DNA of 64,000 nucleotides from Oscillospiraceae bacterium (GCA_009781515.1 WQXY01000005.1:8210-72209), one strand, 5' to 3'. Positions 1-9,597 are shown, numbered from the stretch's first letter. Notes: generated by a model not told the origin, from the sequence alone. Made by a program: numbers and translations.

Positions 1-470
1 CCGATTTCTACTTTCTGTACAAAAACAGCATCTATATAAACATGGGCTTGCTTTGTGCATTCGCTACCACAATTGTTTTACTTCTCGGCGCGGAGCTTAG
101 CGGTATCGTGATAGCAGCAATCTTTACAATGGTTGGTTTTGCAGGCTTCGGCAAGCATATACTCAACGTACTGCCTGTTATGCTCGGTGCTGTGATTTCA
201 GGAGTATTAAACCAACAATATGAATTGATTTCACCGTCTATTATTGCAGCAATACTATTTTCCACAGCTTTAGCTCCAATGGCAGGGCAATTCGGTTGGT
301 TCTGGGGTGTAGTTTCCGGCTTTTTGCACGTGAGTGTTGCTATGTTTGTCGGGGAACTCAACGGAGGACTCAACCTTTATAATAACGGCTTCGCCGCAGG
401 ACTCGTAGCAATGTTCTTGCTACCCGTAATAACAGTATCTGAAAGGATGCGTAGAGAACATGAAGACTAG
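1..470 (+). CDS. DUF1576-like polytopic membrane protein, C-terminal part (5' end lies outside the window)
   Basis: The frame is open from base 3 to the stop at 470. Hydrophobic Gly-rich segments, including GGLNLYNNGFAAGLVA, resemble DUF1576 proteins from memory. Confidence 0.5.
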   Translation, partial: DFYFLYKNSIYINMGLLCAFATTIVLLLGAELSGIVIAAIFTMVGFAGFGKHILNVLPVMLGAVISGVLNQQYELISPSIIAAILFSTALAPMAGQFGWFWGVVSGFLHVSVAMFVGELNGGLNLYNNGFAAGLVAMFLLPVITVSERMRREHED

Positions 471-801
471 ATTTGAAAAAAACCTGAGAATAACAGGCGA
501 TTTGATGCTCTATTGCCACCACCGCGGTGGAAAAGACATAAGTTCAAACATAGTGGAATTGAAAGATAAGATAAAATATACAGTTACAGCATTTCCTGTA
601 GATATGGACGAAGAAAAGCTTGAAGAGCTGACTGTACGGCTAAATGCACCGCGCCAATTAGAAATAGAGCATGATTATTGGGAACTCATGGGAGAATCAA
701 AAGATTTCTCAGAATTAATGCTTATTGGAACGCTTTGTGACGAGGCAAATATAGAATACAAAGATAGTGTTCTAACCATTACTTTACTTCGCTACGATTA
801 A
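460..801 (+). CDS. hypothetical protein (113 aa)
   Basis: ORF overlaps the upstream stop by 11 nt, a coupled arrangement. No motif recognised. Confidence 0.45.
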   Translation: MKTRFEKNLRITGDLMLYCHHRGGKDISSNIVELKDKIKYTVTAFPVDMDEEKLEELTVRLNAPRQLEIEHDYWELMGESKDFSELMLIGTLCDEANIEYKDSVLTITLLRYD

Positions 802-827
802 CTAATACATAAATGAGGTGGTAAGGA

Positions 828-1949
828 ATGCCCAAAATCCCTATGACAACCCCAATAGTTGAAATAGACGGCGACGAAATGACAAGAGTGCTCTGGCAAC
901 TCATAAAAGACGAGTTACTCCTGCCTTTTATTGACTTAAAAACCGAGTATTACGACCTTGGTTTAGAGTATCGCAACGAAACAAAGGACAAAGTGACGAC
1001 AGACGCTGCAAATGCTATAAAAAAGCACGGAGTGGGCGTCAAATGCGCAACCATAACCCCAAATAAGCAAAGAATGGAAGAATATCCGCAGCTCACCGAA
1101 ATGTGGAAATCCCCAAATGCCACCATTCGCTCTATCCTCGACGGCACGGTTTTCAGGACACCTATCATAATTGACTGCATCAAACCCACTGTGAGAACAT
1201 GGGAAAAGCCAATCACAATAGCCCGCCACGCCTACGGGGACGTATATATGGCAACCGAGCACAAAACCGATGATGCTGTCTGGCTGACTCAGCACAATAA
1301 AATGTCAAGCATACAAAGCTTTGCGCGCTCCTGCTTTGAGTATGCAATCGAAAGCAAGCAGGACCTTTGGTTTTCTACAAAGGACACAATATCCAAGATA
1401 TACGACGGAGAGTTCAAAGCGATTTTCGAAGATGAATACGAAAACTACAAAGACCGCTTTGAAAGCCTTGGTATCGAGTATTTCTACACACTGATTGACG
1501 ATGCTGTCGCAAGGGTTGTCCGCTCAAAGGGCGGGTTTATCTGGGCGTGCAAAAACTATGACGGCGATGTGATGAGCGATATGGTCAGCTCCGCATTCGG
1601 GTCACTTGCTATGATGACAAGCGTTTTAGTGTCGCCTGACGGCAAGTTTGCGTTTGAAGCCGCTCACGGCACCGTCACACGTCATTATTACAGATACAAA
1701 GACGGTCAAAAGCCCTCAACAAACCCGATAGCTACGATATTTGCATGGACAGGTGCACTACGCAAGCGCGGCGAGCTTGACGGCAATAAAGAGCTTGCAG
1801 AATTTGCAAACAGGCTTGAAGAAGCAAGTCTGCGTACGTTAAAGGACGGCATTATGACCGCCGACCTCGCTCCGCTGACCGACCCGGACTTTAATGCCCG
1901 CGTAGTCGACTCTTGGGAGTTTATTGGAGCAATAGCAAAAAAAGTGTAG
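828..1949 (+). CDS. icd: NADP-dependent isocitrate dehydrogenase (eukaryotic-like type II IDH), shortened variant
   Basis: Hallmark stretches are present: [56 protein letters not shown] lies upstream. About 29 residues are missing after ARHAYGDVY relative to canonical ~402-aa homologues. Confidence 0.9.
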   Translation: MPKIPMTTPIVEIDGDEMTRVLWQLIKDELLLPFIDLKTEYYDLGLEYRNETKDKVTTDAANAIKKHGVGVKCATITPNKQRMEEYPQLTEMWKSPNATIRSILDGTVFRTPIIIDCIKPTVRTWEKPITIARHAYGDVYMATEHKTDDAVWLTQHNKMSSIQSFARSCFEYAIESKQDLWFSTKDTISKIYDGEFKAIFEDEYENYKDRFESLGIEYFYTLIDDAVARVVRSKGGFIWACKNYDGDVMSDMVSSAFGSLAMMTSVLVSPDGKFAFEAAHGTVTRHYYRYKDGQKPSTNPIATIFAWTGALRKRGELDGNKELAEFANRLEEASLRTLKDGIMTADLAPLTDPDFNARVVDSWEFIGAIAKKV

Positions 1950-1971
1950 TAATTGCACGTATTCCCCCGTC

Positions 1972-1999
1972 ATTGCGGCCTACGGGTCGCAATTTTTTT
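1972..1999 (+). terminator. rho-independent terminator after icd
   Basis: Imperfect hairpin ATTGCGGCC-TAC-GGGTCGCAAT followed by a T7 run. Confidence 0.55.
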
Positions 2000-2239
2000 A
2001 TGCAAAATTACTAAACGCTTTGGGCATATCTACAAAAAAATAAAAAACGGGAAAACCTGTTTCCCAGTTATTATGTAGAAAACTGTGAATTTTCTACATT
2101 TTTTTGCCCGTTTTTTGCACTTTTCACACTGATTTTCACCTTTCTGTAAATGATTTGTGTACGGGAAACGTTTATAGAAATGCCGCGATGGTTGTGTATA
2201 TAATCGCGATACTACAACCCGAAAAGGAAGAATAAAATC

Positions 2240-3277
2240 ATGAGGAAAACAGTAAAAACCATTATATTGCTTAGTTTATTGTTATCACTTTGCAGCACTC
2301 TCACCGCAACCGCAAACAGAGCACCCTTTCAGGCAGTCCCGATACTTCCCGCAAATCAAATATCCGACAGGGCATTTTATGACATTCATATCGCCCACAA
2401 TGAAGTTCAAGACTTGTATTTGGTGCTCAGAAACGACACCTTGGAGGATATTGAGATTGTAATCACGGCAATTACCGCTACCACAGACGCAAACGGCAAG
2501 GTGCTTTACTCTCAAAAAGGTTATTCCGACCGCACTTTGAAACACTCTTTTGAGACACTTATATCACCAAACCCCTCTGTTGTAACAGTTCCTGCACTCA
2601 CAGAAATTGAAACATCAGTGCGGCTCAGCTCGCCAACTTCACGCTATGAGGGAATTGTTTTAGGAGCACTCCATGTCACAACAAAGGCTGATGACACAAA
2701 TATCTCAGGCATCGTTAATGCTTTTGCATATTCGCTTGCCGTCAGACTGACAGGCGACCCGACACAAAATATAATCCCGGACATAAAATTTGAAAAGCCC
2801 GAACTTCATGCAGGAGAACGCTCCACAGGTTTTTTGCTCGACATCCGAAACATCATGCCGGAGTTGTTCCGATATGCGGAGCTGACCATTGATGTATACA
2901 GCGACGATACTACGGTATTTTCAAATGCAATGACTGTGGATTTTGCCCCCAACTCATACTATCCCCTGACACTTAGAACAAACCGTGCAATAGCGCCCGG
3001 AGTTTATACGGCAGACGTTGCTGTGCAGATAAAAAATGAATTTTTTTACTTCACCGAGCAGTTTATTGTCCACGATAACGACAGTAATGCAGACATGTTT
3101 TTGGATGCGCTCAACTTGCAAAGAATTCAAGCACCCGCAGCACGCTCCCTTGCAATATCATTTTGGTTATGGCTGTTTTCTGCAATACTGCTGCTTAGTT
3201 TAATTTTCGTGGCAATACTTTTATATAAACGTAAGCGCAAAGACGAAGATAAAAACCCAAAAATAAAATCAAAATAA
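2240..3277 (+). CDS. DUF916/DUF3324-type cell-surface protein of WxL clusters
   Basis: Signal peptide present. The motif PILPANQ....FYDI..(x)..LYLVLRN is typical of DUF916. C-terminal TM helix followed by KRKRKDEDK. Confidence 0.65.
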   Translation: MRKTVKTIILLSLLLSLCSTLTATANRAPFQAVPILPANQISDRAFYDIHIAHNEVQDLYLVLRNDTLEDIEIVITAITATTDANGKVLYSQKGYSDRTLKHSFETLISPNPSVVTVPALTEIETSVRLSSPTSRYEGIVLGALHVTTKADDTNISGIVNAFAYSLAVRLTGDPTQNIIPDIKFEKPELHAGERSTGFLLDIRNIMPELFRYAELTIDVYSDDTTVFSNAMTVDFAPNSYYPLTLRTNRAIAPGVYTADVAVQIKNEFFYFTEQFIVHDNDSNADMFLDALNLQRIQAPAARSLAISFWLWLFSAILLLSLIFVAILLYKRKRKDEDKNPKIKSK

Positions 3278-3292
3278 AAGGAGAATTACCCA

Positions 3293-4675
3293 ATGAAGCT
3301 GTTCGTATCCATTCTCGTTATGCTGCTCATTTTACCGATGTTTGGCATAATATCCACTGCCACCGAACCCGAAGACGACAAACCGACAACAACAACCAAT
3401 GTAACTGTTGTTGTCAGCGCAGACCCGTCCGATGGTGTAATGCCGGATTTTCTGATTGTCGACCACCCGACATTGCAGCAGGCAATCGACAATCCCGACC
3501 TCACCGTTTTACCCGTCAGAAACGACATAACCTTACTGCAAGAGCTTGGCGCGCTGACAATCCCTGCAAACAGACGTCCGTTCACAATCACATCTGCAAC
3601 AGGTCAAACCCTGACAATAACTCAGCCGAACAAAGAGCATAGGCATTTTAACATCAATAAAAATGCAAGTATTATTTTCAGCAAAATCGAGCTTGCAGGT
3701 GGAAACGATTGCGGTGGTGTAAGTATCACAGACGGAGCAATCGCAACTATCTCAGGCTTACAGATAAAAAACTGCGAAGCGGAAACAGGTGGTGCAATTT
3801 TTATTGAAAACGCTTCACTCAGTTTAGCATACAGCCTTATACGAAGCAGCTATGCCGGAAACGGCGGCGGTATTTTCGTCGGCAACGGTGCAGGCGTAGT
3901 TCTTGACGGCGTCAATATATCAGCTTGCAGCGCGGGCTACAGCGGAGGTGGTATCGGTCTGGCACAAACGTACGGCAGCCTTACTTTCACGGGAAGCGGC
4001 GTCTCATTTGCGGGCAATTTTGCGACTAACGCATACTGGATAGAAAAGGACTCTGTTCACACGTTTTTTGATAAAACAGCTGTCAACTGGAAGCTTTTAT
4101 ATGTGACAAGCTACAAGGCCTTTGTAAATTCCCTCACTCAGCTTAAAGACGGTGTTTACCCATTCGGATATATGTTTAACAATTATGATGTTTCATATAT
4201 CGGCTCGGAGCACGCAAAAATCCCCCCGATAGCAGACCGTGTTGTGTTTTCACCGCTCACATATATGCCTGCAAAGCTATATGAGGGCGAAGCGTCAAGC
4301 GAGCTGCAGCTTCTAAATCTTGTCGGTTCAAAGCCTACGATAGAAATATATAACACCACAAATGATATTTGGAGTCTAAGCGTAAGTTATACACCGTTTT
4401 TAGTAAGCCGCAGCTTCGACCACCACTTGAAATTTGCCCTGCGCGATGAAAACGGCGAGGTTTTTGCAGAGCAGACAAGTAAGTACAGGATTTTTAATCC
4501 CGAAAGCACGCAGCTTGCATATCAGGCCCATGATGAAACACTTATTTTATACATTGTGCCTTGGGGCGATGATGAAGATGACATGCTAAAGGTACTTTTA
4601 CCGGAATACAGACATGACTTAAATGAAAAAAAAATCACAAGCACATTATTATGGTCACTTGGCGTCATGCCATAA
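3293..4675 (+). CDS. secreted beta-helix-like protein with C-terminal WxL domain
   Basis: Signal peptide present. Gly-rich repeats (GGAIFIEN, NGGGIFVGN, SGGGIGL) resemble polymorphic-membrane-protein or pectate-lyase folds. The C-terminus has IWSLSVSY ... TSTLLWSLGVMP, the WxL signature. Confidence 0.7.
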   Translation: MKLFVSILVMLLILPMFGIISTATEPEDDKPTTTTNVTVVVSADPSDGVMPDFLIVDHPTLQQAIDNPDLTVLPVRNDITLLQELGALTIPANRRPFTITSATGQTLTITQPNKEHRHFNINKNASIIFSKIELAGGNDCGGVSITDGAIATISGLQIKNCEAETGGAIFIENASLSLAYSLIRSSYAGNGGGIFVGNGAGVVLDGVNISACSAGYSGGGIGLAQTYGSLTFTGSGVSFAGNFATNAYWIEKDSVHTFFDKTAVNWKLLYVTSYKAFVNSLTQLKDGVYPFGYMFNNYDVSYIGSEHAKIPPIADRVVFSPLTYMPAKLYEGEASSELQLLNLVGSKPTIEIYNTTNDIWSLSVSYTPFLVSRSFDHHLKFALRDENGEVFAEQTSKYRIFNPESTQLAYQAHDETLILYIVPWGDDEDDMLKVLLPEYRHDLNEKKITSTLLWSLGVMP

Positions 4676-4696
4676 ACGGCAGAAAGGGGTAAGCTG

Positions 4697-6727
4697 ATGA
4701 AACCGATTAACACATGTATAAAAATTTTATTGATGATTTTTGCCGTTATACTGATTATACCTGCTTATGCGTCTTCACTCATGGGCGCTGCGGCTTCATC
4801 AGCATTACCGAAAAACCGTGTGGTCTTTTCACCGTCAACATCTATTGATACGTTGGAATATGCCGGCGAAGCGTCTTTTGAGGCACAGCTTTTAGACCTG
4901 CGAAGCAAAAAGCCTGTTATAGAGATTTATAATACAACTCATCTGCACTATGACCTGAGTGTCAGCTATACCCCTTTTCGGGTTGGCGACGAAATAAACA
5001 ATGATATCAAGTTTGCCGTGCTTGACAAAATCGGCGACACAAAAGACAACCACGGCAACATGTACAGGGTTTTTGAGCCGGGCATATCACAGAGCGTATA
5101 TATATCACCAAATGATGAGATAATAAGCAAAATTCCTTGGAATGAGGGCAGCGAAGATTTGCTGAAAATATATCTGCCGTCCTACAGGCATGATTTGGAC
5201 AGCAAAAACATTCAAAGCACACTGACATGGCTCTTAGAAGTAACTCCGACGCCAACAGATATCTATCATACATGGGACGAGTGGTCGCCTTGGAGTCTTA
5301 GCGGCGACAGGCATGTACGAAGCCGCTCTTGCAGCGTATGCGGTTTCATCGGCAGCGAGTTTCACATGGCAGCCGGCTCACAATCACCGTGGCAATCAGG
5401 CGGCGACGGTTGTCAGAGGATTTGCACGGTCTACGGCTGCGGCTTGCAGACTGCAACCCATGGCACACACCTGTCCGGTTGGATTGATAATGACGACGGC
5501 ACATGGTGCCGCATCGAATGTCTTACATGCTCAAGATTGGTTAGGCAGTCCGTACATGCTTGGGGCGCATGGCAAAGCGACAATCAAGCTACACACTCAG
5601 CAAAATGCGACAACTGCGGCAGAACAGAAACAGCAGAACATCCTTGGAACAACTGGAGCATTTGGACACTTCACGGCGGCAATCACATTATGACCCGCTC
5701 ATGCGGCACATGCTCCGAAAGCGAAACCCTATACCATGCCGCCACAGCCTTTGAGTCCGCATGGCATGAGGGCGGACATGGCTGCCAGACGACCTGCACA
5801 CTCACGGGCTGCGGCTTGCAAACAGCAACACACGGTATAAGCCACTCCGGTTGGCATTCGGGCGGCAGCGGTTGCTTGACTGTATGTAATCTTTGCAACA
5901 GGCATACCCAAACACATGCTACCACGTGGGGCAACTGGGGCGGTTGGTTTACATCAGAAAACGATTGCACAAGAAACGGCAGTTGCACCATATGCGGACG
6001 CGGCGGTGGCTCGCAATCCCATACGACCGCGTGGGGCAACTGGGGCAACTGGCTCGCCTCCGGCACCGACTGCCAACGAACCGGCATGTGCACAACATGC
6101 GGTCGCAGTGGTGGCTCGCAATCTCACGCCACCACTTGGGGCAACTGGAGTGCTTGGTCCACGTCCGGAAGCAATTGCGTAAGCTCCGGCACCTGCACAA
6201 CATGCGGGCGCAGTGGTGGCTCATCGTCACATACCACAAACTGGGGGAACTGGAGCACTTGGTCCGCATCCGGCAGTAACTGCCTGAGGACGGGCACTTG
6301 CACTACGTGCGAGCGAAGCGGCGGCTCTCAGTCCCATGCCACAAACTGGGGAAACTGGAGCGCATGGTCGCCATCGGGCAGCAACCATGTGAGAACAGGA
6401 AGATGCACCACATGCACTCGCAGTGGCGGCTCTCAGTCTCACGCTATATCATGGAGTGCTTACAGCAGTTATGTGCTTTACGATTATTATGACCATGTCA
6501 GAACAAGGCAGTGCAACGGCACTAACTGCAATGTAACGGAAAGTCAAACACAAAATCACAATCTGCAATGGTATCGCAGCAGAATAACAAACGGAAATTC
6601 CTCATGCCTATACATTTGCGTGACAGGCAGCTGCGTTTACGTCAGAGGCAGCATGGCACACACAAACCCTTGCACCAGATGCAATATGAGTCCCTTGCCC
6701 GCACGTTATACACAGGCAGGACACTAA
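4697..6727 (+). CDS. surface protein with N-terminal WxL-like domain and tandem Cys/His/Trp-rich modules
   Basis: Signal peptide present. Residues ~40-185 are paralogous to the C-terminal WxL domain of the preceding gene (RVVFSP...EIYNTT...LSVSYTPF...STLTWLLEVTP). These are followed by repeated H-x-x-W-x-x-W...C-x2-C modules. Confidence 0.75.
   Translation: MKPINTCIKILLMIFAVILIIPAYASSLMGAAASSALPKNRVVFSPSTSIDTLEYAGEASFEAQLLDLRSKKPVIEIYNTTHLHYDLSVSYTPFRVGDEINNDIKFAVLDKIGDTKDNHGNMYRVFEPGISQSVYISPNDEIISKIPWNEGSEDLLKIYLPSYRHDLDSKNIQSTLTWLLEVTPTPTDIYHTWDEWSPWSLSGDRHVRSRSCSVCGFIGSEFHMAAGSQSPWQSGGDGCQRICTVYGCGLQTATHGTHLSGWIDNDDGTWCRIECLTCSRLVRQSVHAWGAWQSDNQATHSAKCDNCGRTETAEHPWNNWSIWTLHGGNHIMTRSCGTCSESETLYHAATAFESAWHEGGHGCQTTCTLTGCGLQTATHGISHSGWHSGGSGCLTVCNLCNRHTQTHATTWGNWGGWFTSENDCTRNGSCTICGRGGGSQSHTTAWGNWGNWLASGTDCQRTGMCTTCGRSGGSQSHATTWGNWSAWSTSGSNCVSSGTCTTCGRSGGSSSHTTNWGNWSTWSASGSNCLRTGTCTTCERSGGSQSHATNWGNWSAWSPSGSNHVRTGRCTTCTRSGGSQSHAISWSAYSSYVLYDYYDHVRTRQCNGTNCNVTESQTQNHNLQWYRSRITNGNSSCLYICVTGSCVYVRGSMAHTNPCTRCNMSPLPARYTQAGH
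5915..6439 (+). repeat. five in-frame 105-bp tandem repeats (35-aa units HATTWGNWSAWSxSGSNCxRTGxCTTCGRSGGSQS)
   Basis: Units read directly from the translation. The first unit starts at CAT 5915, in frame with 4697. A sixth, degenerate unit starts at 6440. Confidence 0.85.
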
Positions 6728-7320
6728 TTTGTATACATTCGCCCCGGCTCAAGCTCGCCATACTTGCTCAGCAGCAGCTCCGAAACCGTAACAAGCTCAT
6801 AGCCCTGCGCAATTAAATCGGGAATAACACGGGTCATCGCCTTTGCCGTAGAGTCGTAGACATCATGGCACAAGATAATGTCGCCGTCCTTGACCTCATT
6901 CATGATTACCGAATAAATCGTATCAGCGTCAAGACACTCCCAATCCTTAGTGTCGACAGACCAGTTGACCATAGAAAGCCCGAGCTTTCGTGCAACAAAT
7001 TCAACCTTTTCATCATACGCACCGTACGGAGGGCGAAATATCGGAGTGACACTGCCCGTAACCTTGGCAATCGCTGCAATCGTACTATAGAGCTGCTTTT
7101 TGATTGCTCTTTTTGAAAGCTTTGTATAATCGGGGTGGTCCCATGTATGGCAGATTATTTCACAGCCCATATGTGCAGCGCGGATAATCTTACCCTTATG
7201 CTCCTCAACAAAGCTGCCCATAACAAAAAAAGATAACCGTCCCTCATTGTGCTGCAATGTATTTAATATTTTTGTCGTATAAATGCTCGGACCATCGTCA
7301 AAAGTCAAGGCAATTTTCAT
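6724..7320 (-). CDS. polysaccharide deacetylase (NodB homology domain; peptidoglycan/chitooligosaccharide deacetylase family)
   Basis: N-terminal TFDDGP motif, HTWDHP His motif and RPPYG motif. Confidence 0.85.
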   Translation of the reverse strand: MKIALTFDDGPSIYTTKILNTLQHNEGRLSFFVMGSFVEEHKGKIIRAAHMGCEIICHTWDHPDYTKLSKRAIKKQLYSTIAAIAKVTGSVTPIFRPPYGAYDEKVEFVARKLGLSMVNWSVDTKDWECLDADTIYSVIMNEVKDGDIILCHDVYDSTAKAMTRVIPDLIAQGYELVTVSELLLSKYGELEPGRMYTN

Positions 7321-7415
7321 TATTAATGACCACCTGTAAAGAGATTGTTTACTTTTTGTATTATACGGTATAAAATACCCTAACGCAAGTATAGAAGTAA
7401 GGATGGTTCATTATT

Positions 7416-8792
7416 GTGATGAGGCTCAGATACATCGCCGCACTGTGGATTGGTAAATCAATTCGCACAGTGATGCGATTATTTGGACGCAACGCGACAT
7501 TTCTGCCGGGCAGAATAGCCGTGGCAATATGTCCGTCATTTCTCTCTCTTATAGGAAAACCGCCCCGAGTTATTGCAATCACAGGCACAAACGGCAAAAC
7601 AACAGTTGCAAATCTTGTAGTAAACTCACTTGAAGCACTCGGGATCAGCGTGCTCAATAACTCCTACGGTTCAAACACCGCAACAGGTATTTCATGCGCT
7701 TTATTTGCAGGCTCCACATGGACGGGCAAACCAAAGAAAGATGTCGCTGTCTTGGAGGTTGACGAGCGCTCTGCCATGCACATTTTCCCGCATATAAATG
7801 CCGAGCTTATCGTAGTGACAAACCTGTTTCGTGACTCTATTATGCGAAATGCACACCCCGCATACATCGCCGGCATCCTCGATGCAAACATTCCTGCAAA
7901 TACAAAACTGCTTCTCAACGCAGACGATTTAATAACCTGCCGCATCGCACCGTCCAATCCCCGTGCTTATTTCGGTCTGCGACAAATGGACGGCGATGTA
8001 AAAGAATGTATCAATTTAATTAATGATTTTCAGATATGCCCCAAGTGCAACAGCGAGCTTATATATGATTACCGCAGATATCATCATATAGGGCGTGCAC
8101 ATTGCAGCAGCTGTGATTTTAAGTCGCCCGACTACAATTATTCAGGGCAGATAAATCCCACGGACAGCACAGCATTGACCGTATCGGACAGCGGTAGCTC
8201 GCAGTCAATCAAACTCCCCGGCGACAGTGTGTTTAACATTTATAACACACTGACCGCATATGCCGCCTTATGCGAATTTGGCATAAGAAGTGACGAAGCG
8301 GCAAACGCTCTGAGCAAAGCCGAGCTGCCGAAAACACGCTATAACGAAGTTGAAGCCGGCGGTGTGCGTGTGATAATGCACATGGGCAAGGAGCGAAACG
8401 CCCTTGCAAACTCACGTGCATTTGACTATGTAGCCTCACGTCCCGAAGAAAAAGAGCTTATCTTAATGATGAACGGGCTTGGCGAAGCCAAGGTATGGTC
8501 TGAAAATATATGCTGGCTTTATGACTGTGACTTTGAGTTTCTGAACAAAGATAACATCACACGTGTTGTATCAACGGGAGCACGTGCGCTTGACTACTCG
8601 GCAAGGCTTCGTTTTGCAGGTCTTCCGCCCGAAAAGCTCCGCTACTCAAAAGATGAGTTAAAAGCCCCAAACGAATTAATACTAAAACCCGGCACAAGCG
8701 TTTATATTTTCTACGGCACAGACTCCATAGACCTCGCATACCGCGTACGCGACGCCGTATGCAAAAAGGCAGGTGAAATCAACAAGCCATGA
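7416..8792 (+). CDS. murT: Mur-ligase-like lipid II isoglutaminyl synthase subunit MurT
   Basis: P-loop ITGTNGKTT, Cys4 ribbon CPKC...CSSC, C-terminal DUF1727-like WLYDCDFE. Overlaps the gatD-like gene by 4 nt. Start is GTG 7416 or ATG 7419. Confidence 0.8.
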   Translation: MMRLRYIAALWIGKSIRTVMRLFGRNATFLPGRIAVAICPSFLSLIGKPPRVIAITGTNGKTTVANLVVNSLEALGISVLNNSYGSNTATGISCALFAGSTWTGKPKKDVAVLEVDERSAMHIFPHINAELIVVTNLFRDSIMRNAHPAYIAGILDANIPANTKLLLNADDLITCRIAPSNPRAYFGLRQMDGDVKECINLINDFQICPKCNSELIYDYRRYHHIGRAHCSSCDFKSPDYNYSGQINPTDSTALTVSDSGSSQSIKLPGDSVFNIYNTLTAYAALCEFGIRSDEAANALSKAELPKTRYNEVEAGGVRVIMHMGKERNALANSRAFDYVASRPEEKELILMMNGLGEAKVWSENICWLYDCDFEFLNKDNITRVVSTGARALDYSARLRFAGLPPEKLRYSKDELKAPNELILKPGTSVYIFYGTDSIDLAYRVRDAVCKKAGEINKP

Positions 8793-9508
8793 TTATTGAA
8801 GCCTTATATCCCGAGCTGTGCAATTTATATGGCGAAGCAATGAACGCCGAGTACCTGCACCGTACCGTGCAAGACTGCGAGCTTGTAAAAACCTCTCTCA
8901 AAATGCGTCCCGCGTTTTTGGATAAAGACGTTGATTTCATATACTTAGGCTCAATGACAGAAACAGGTCAAGAGCTTGCAATTCCAGCCTTGAGAGAGCA
9001 TTATCAGCGGATACTTGAGCTCATTGACACAGGGACAGTCTTTTTGGTAACAGGCAACGCCATGGAGCTCTTTGGAACATATATCGAAAACGAAGACGGC
9101 ACACAAATAAAAGCCTTAGGGCTATTTGACCTGCACTCAAAACGCCAAATGATGCGCAGATACAGTTCCATATACCTTGGCACATTCGATACGATTGACA
9201 TCGTTGGCTTCAAGAGCCAGTTTGCACACATATATGAAAACAGCGAACCCCCTGTTCCCGCACTCTTTGAAACAAGACGCGGAGCAGGCCGCGCTCCCGG
9301 GCAAAAAGAAGAGGGCGCCCGCATAAACAACTTCTTTGCCACAAGCGTACTTGGCCCTCTGCTCATTCTCAACCCGCCATTTACAAGGTACATCCTCAGC
9401 CTGCTCGGAGTGCACTCATACACCCTACCCTACGAGCAAGAAATTCTGACAGCCTATAATGCAAGACTGTCAGAATTCAAAGACCCAAAAACCGGCGTTG
9501 AGTATTAG
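8789..9508 (+). CDS. GatD/CobQ-type glutamine amidotransferase-like partner of MurT, apparently lacking the catalytic Cys/His
   Basis: Collinear with GatD (IYLGS..., GFKSQ..., LGPLLILNP). ATGA overlap with murT. The only cysteines are at residues 11 and 30. Confidence 0.7.
   Translation: MIIEALYPELCNLYGEAMNAEYLHRTVQDCELVKTSLKMRPAFLDKDVDFIYLGSMTETGQELAIPALREHYQRILELIDTGTVFLVTGNAMELFGTYIENEDGTQIKALGLFDLHSKRQMMRRYSSIYLGTFDTIDIVGFKSQFAHIYENSEPPVPALFETRRGAGRAPGQKEEGARINNFFATSVLGPLLILNPPFTRYILSLLGVHSYTLPYEQEILTAYNARLSEFKDPKTGVEY
9369..9508. repeat. copy A of a 140-bp repeat (3' end of the gatD-like gene); its inverted partner is at 11794-11933
   Basis: Base-by-base comparison with the reverse complement of 11794-11933 gives 2 mismatches in 140 bp. 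Contains the hairpin TTCTGACAG-N14-CTGTCAGAA. Confidence 0.9.
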
Positions 9509-9597
9509 GGGTTAGCCTTTTAATTGTAGAATATTTTTCAATTATGTGCTACAATAGTCATATATTATTTCATAAACACTAAACTGGAGGTGTTAAA

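Noticed and set aside
2000-2239. Several hairpins upstream of the WxL cluster (GGGAAAC-CT-GTTTCCC; GTAGAAAA-N5-TTTTCTAC plus a T run), considered as a possible small RNA.
   Set aside because: I could not find a convincing promoter-terminator pair or a known motif. These are more likely stacked terminators or insulators after icd.
5915-6439. A regular 105-bp periodicity that could superficially suggest a CRISPR or other non-coding array.
   Set aside because: The units are contiguous with no unique spacers. They are in frame with the 4697-6727 CDS and encode a conserved peptide module.
5313-6492. Many overlapping 60-136-aa ORFs on both strands inside the Cys/Gly/Ser repeat region.
   Set aside because: They are frame-shifted or antisense readings of the 105-bp coding repeats. 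They lack SD sequences and have low-complexity Arg/Ala/Pro-rich translations.
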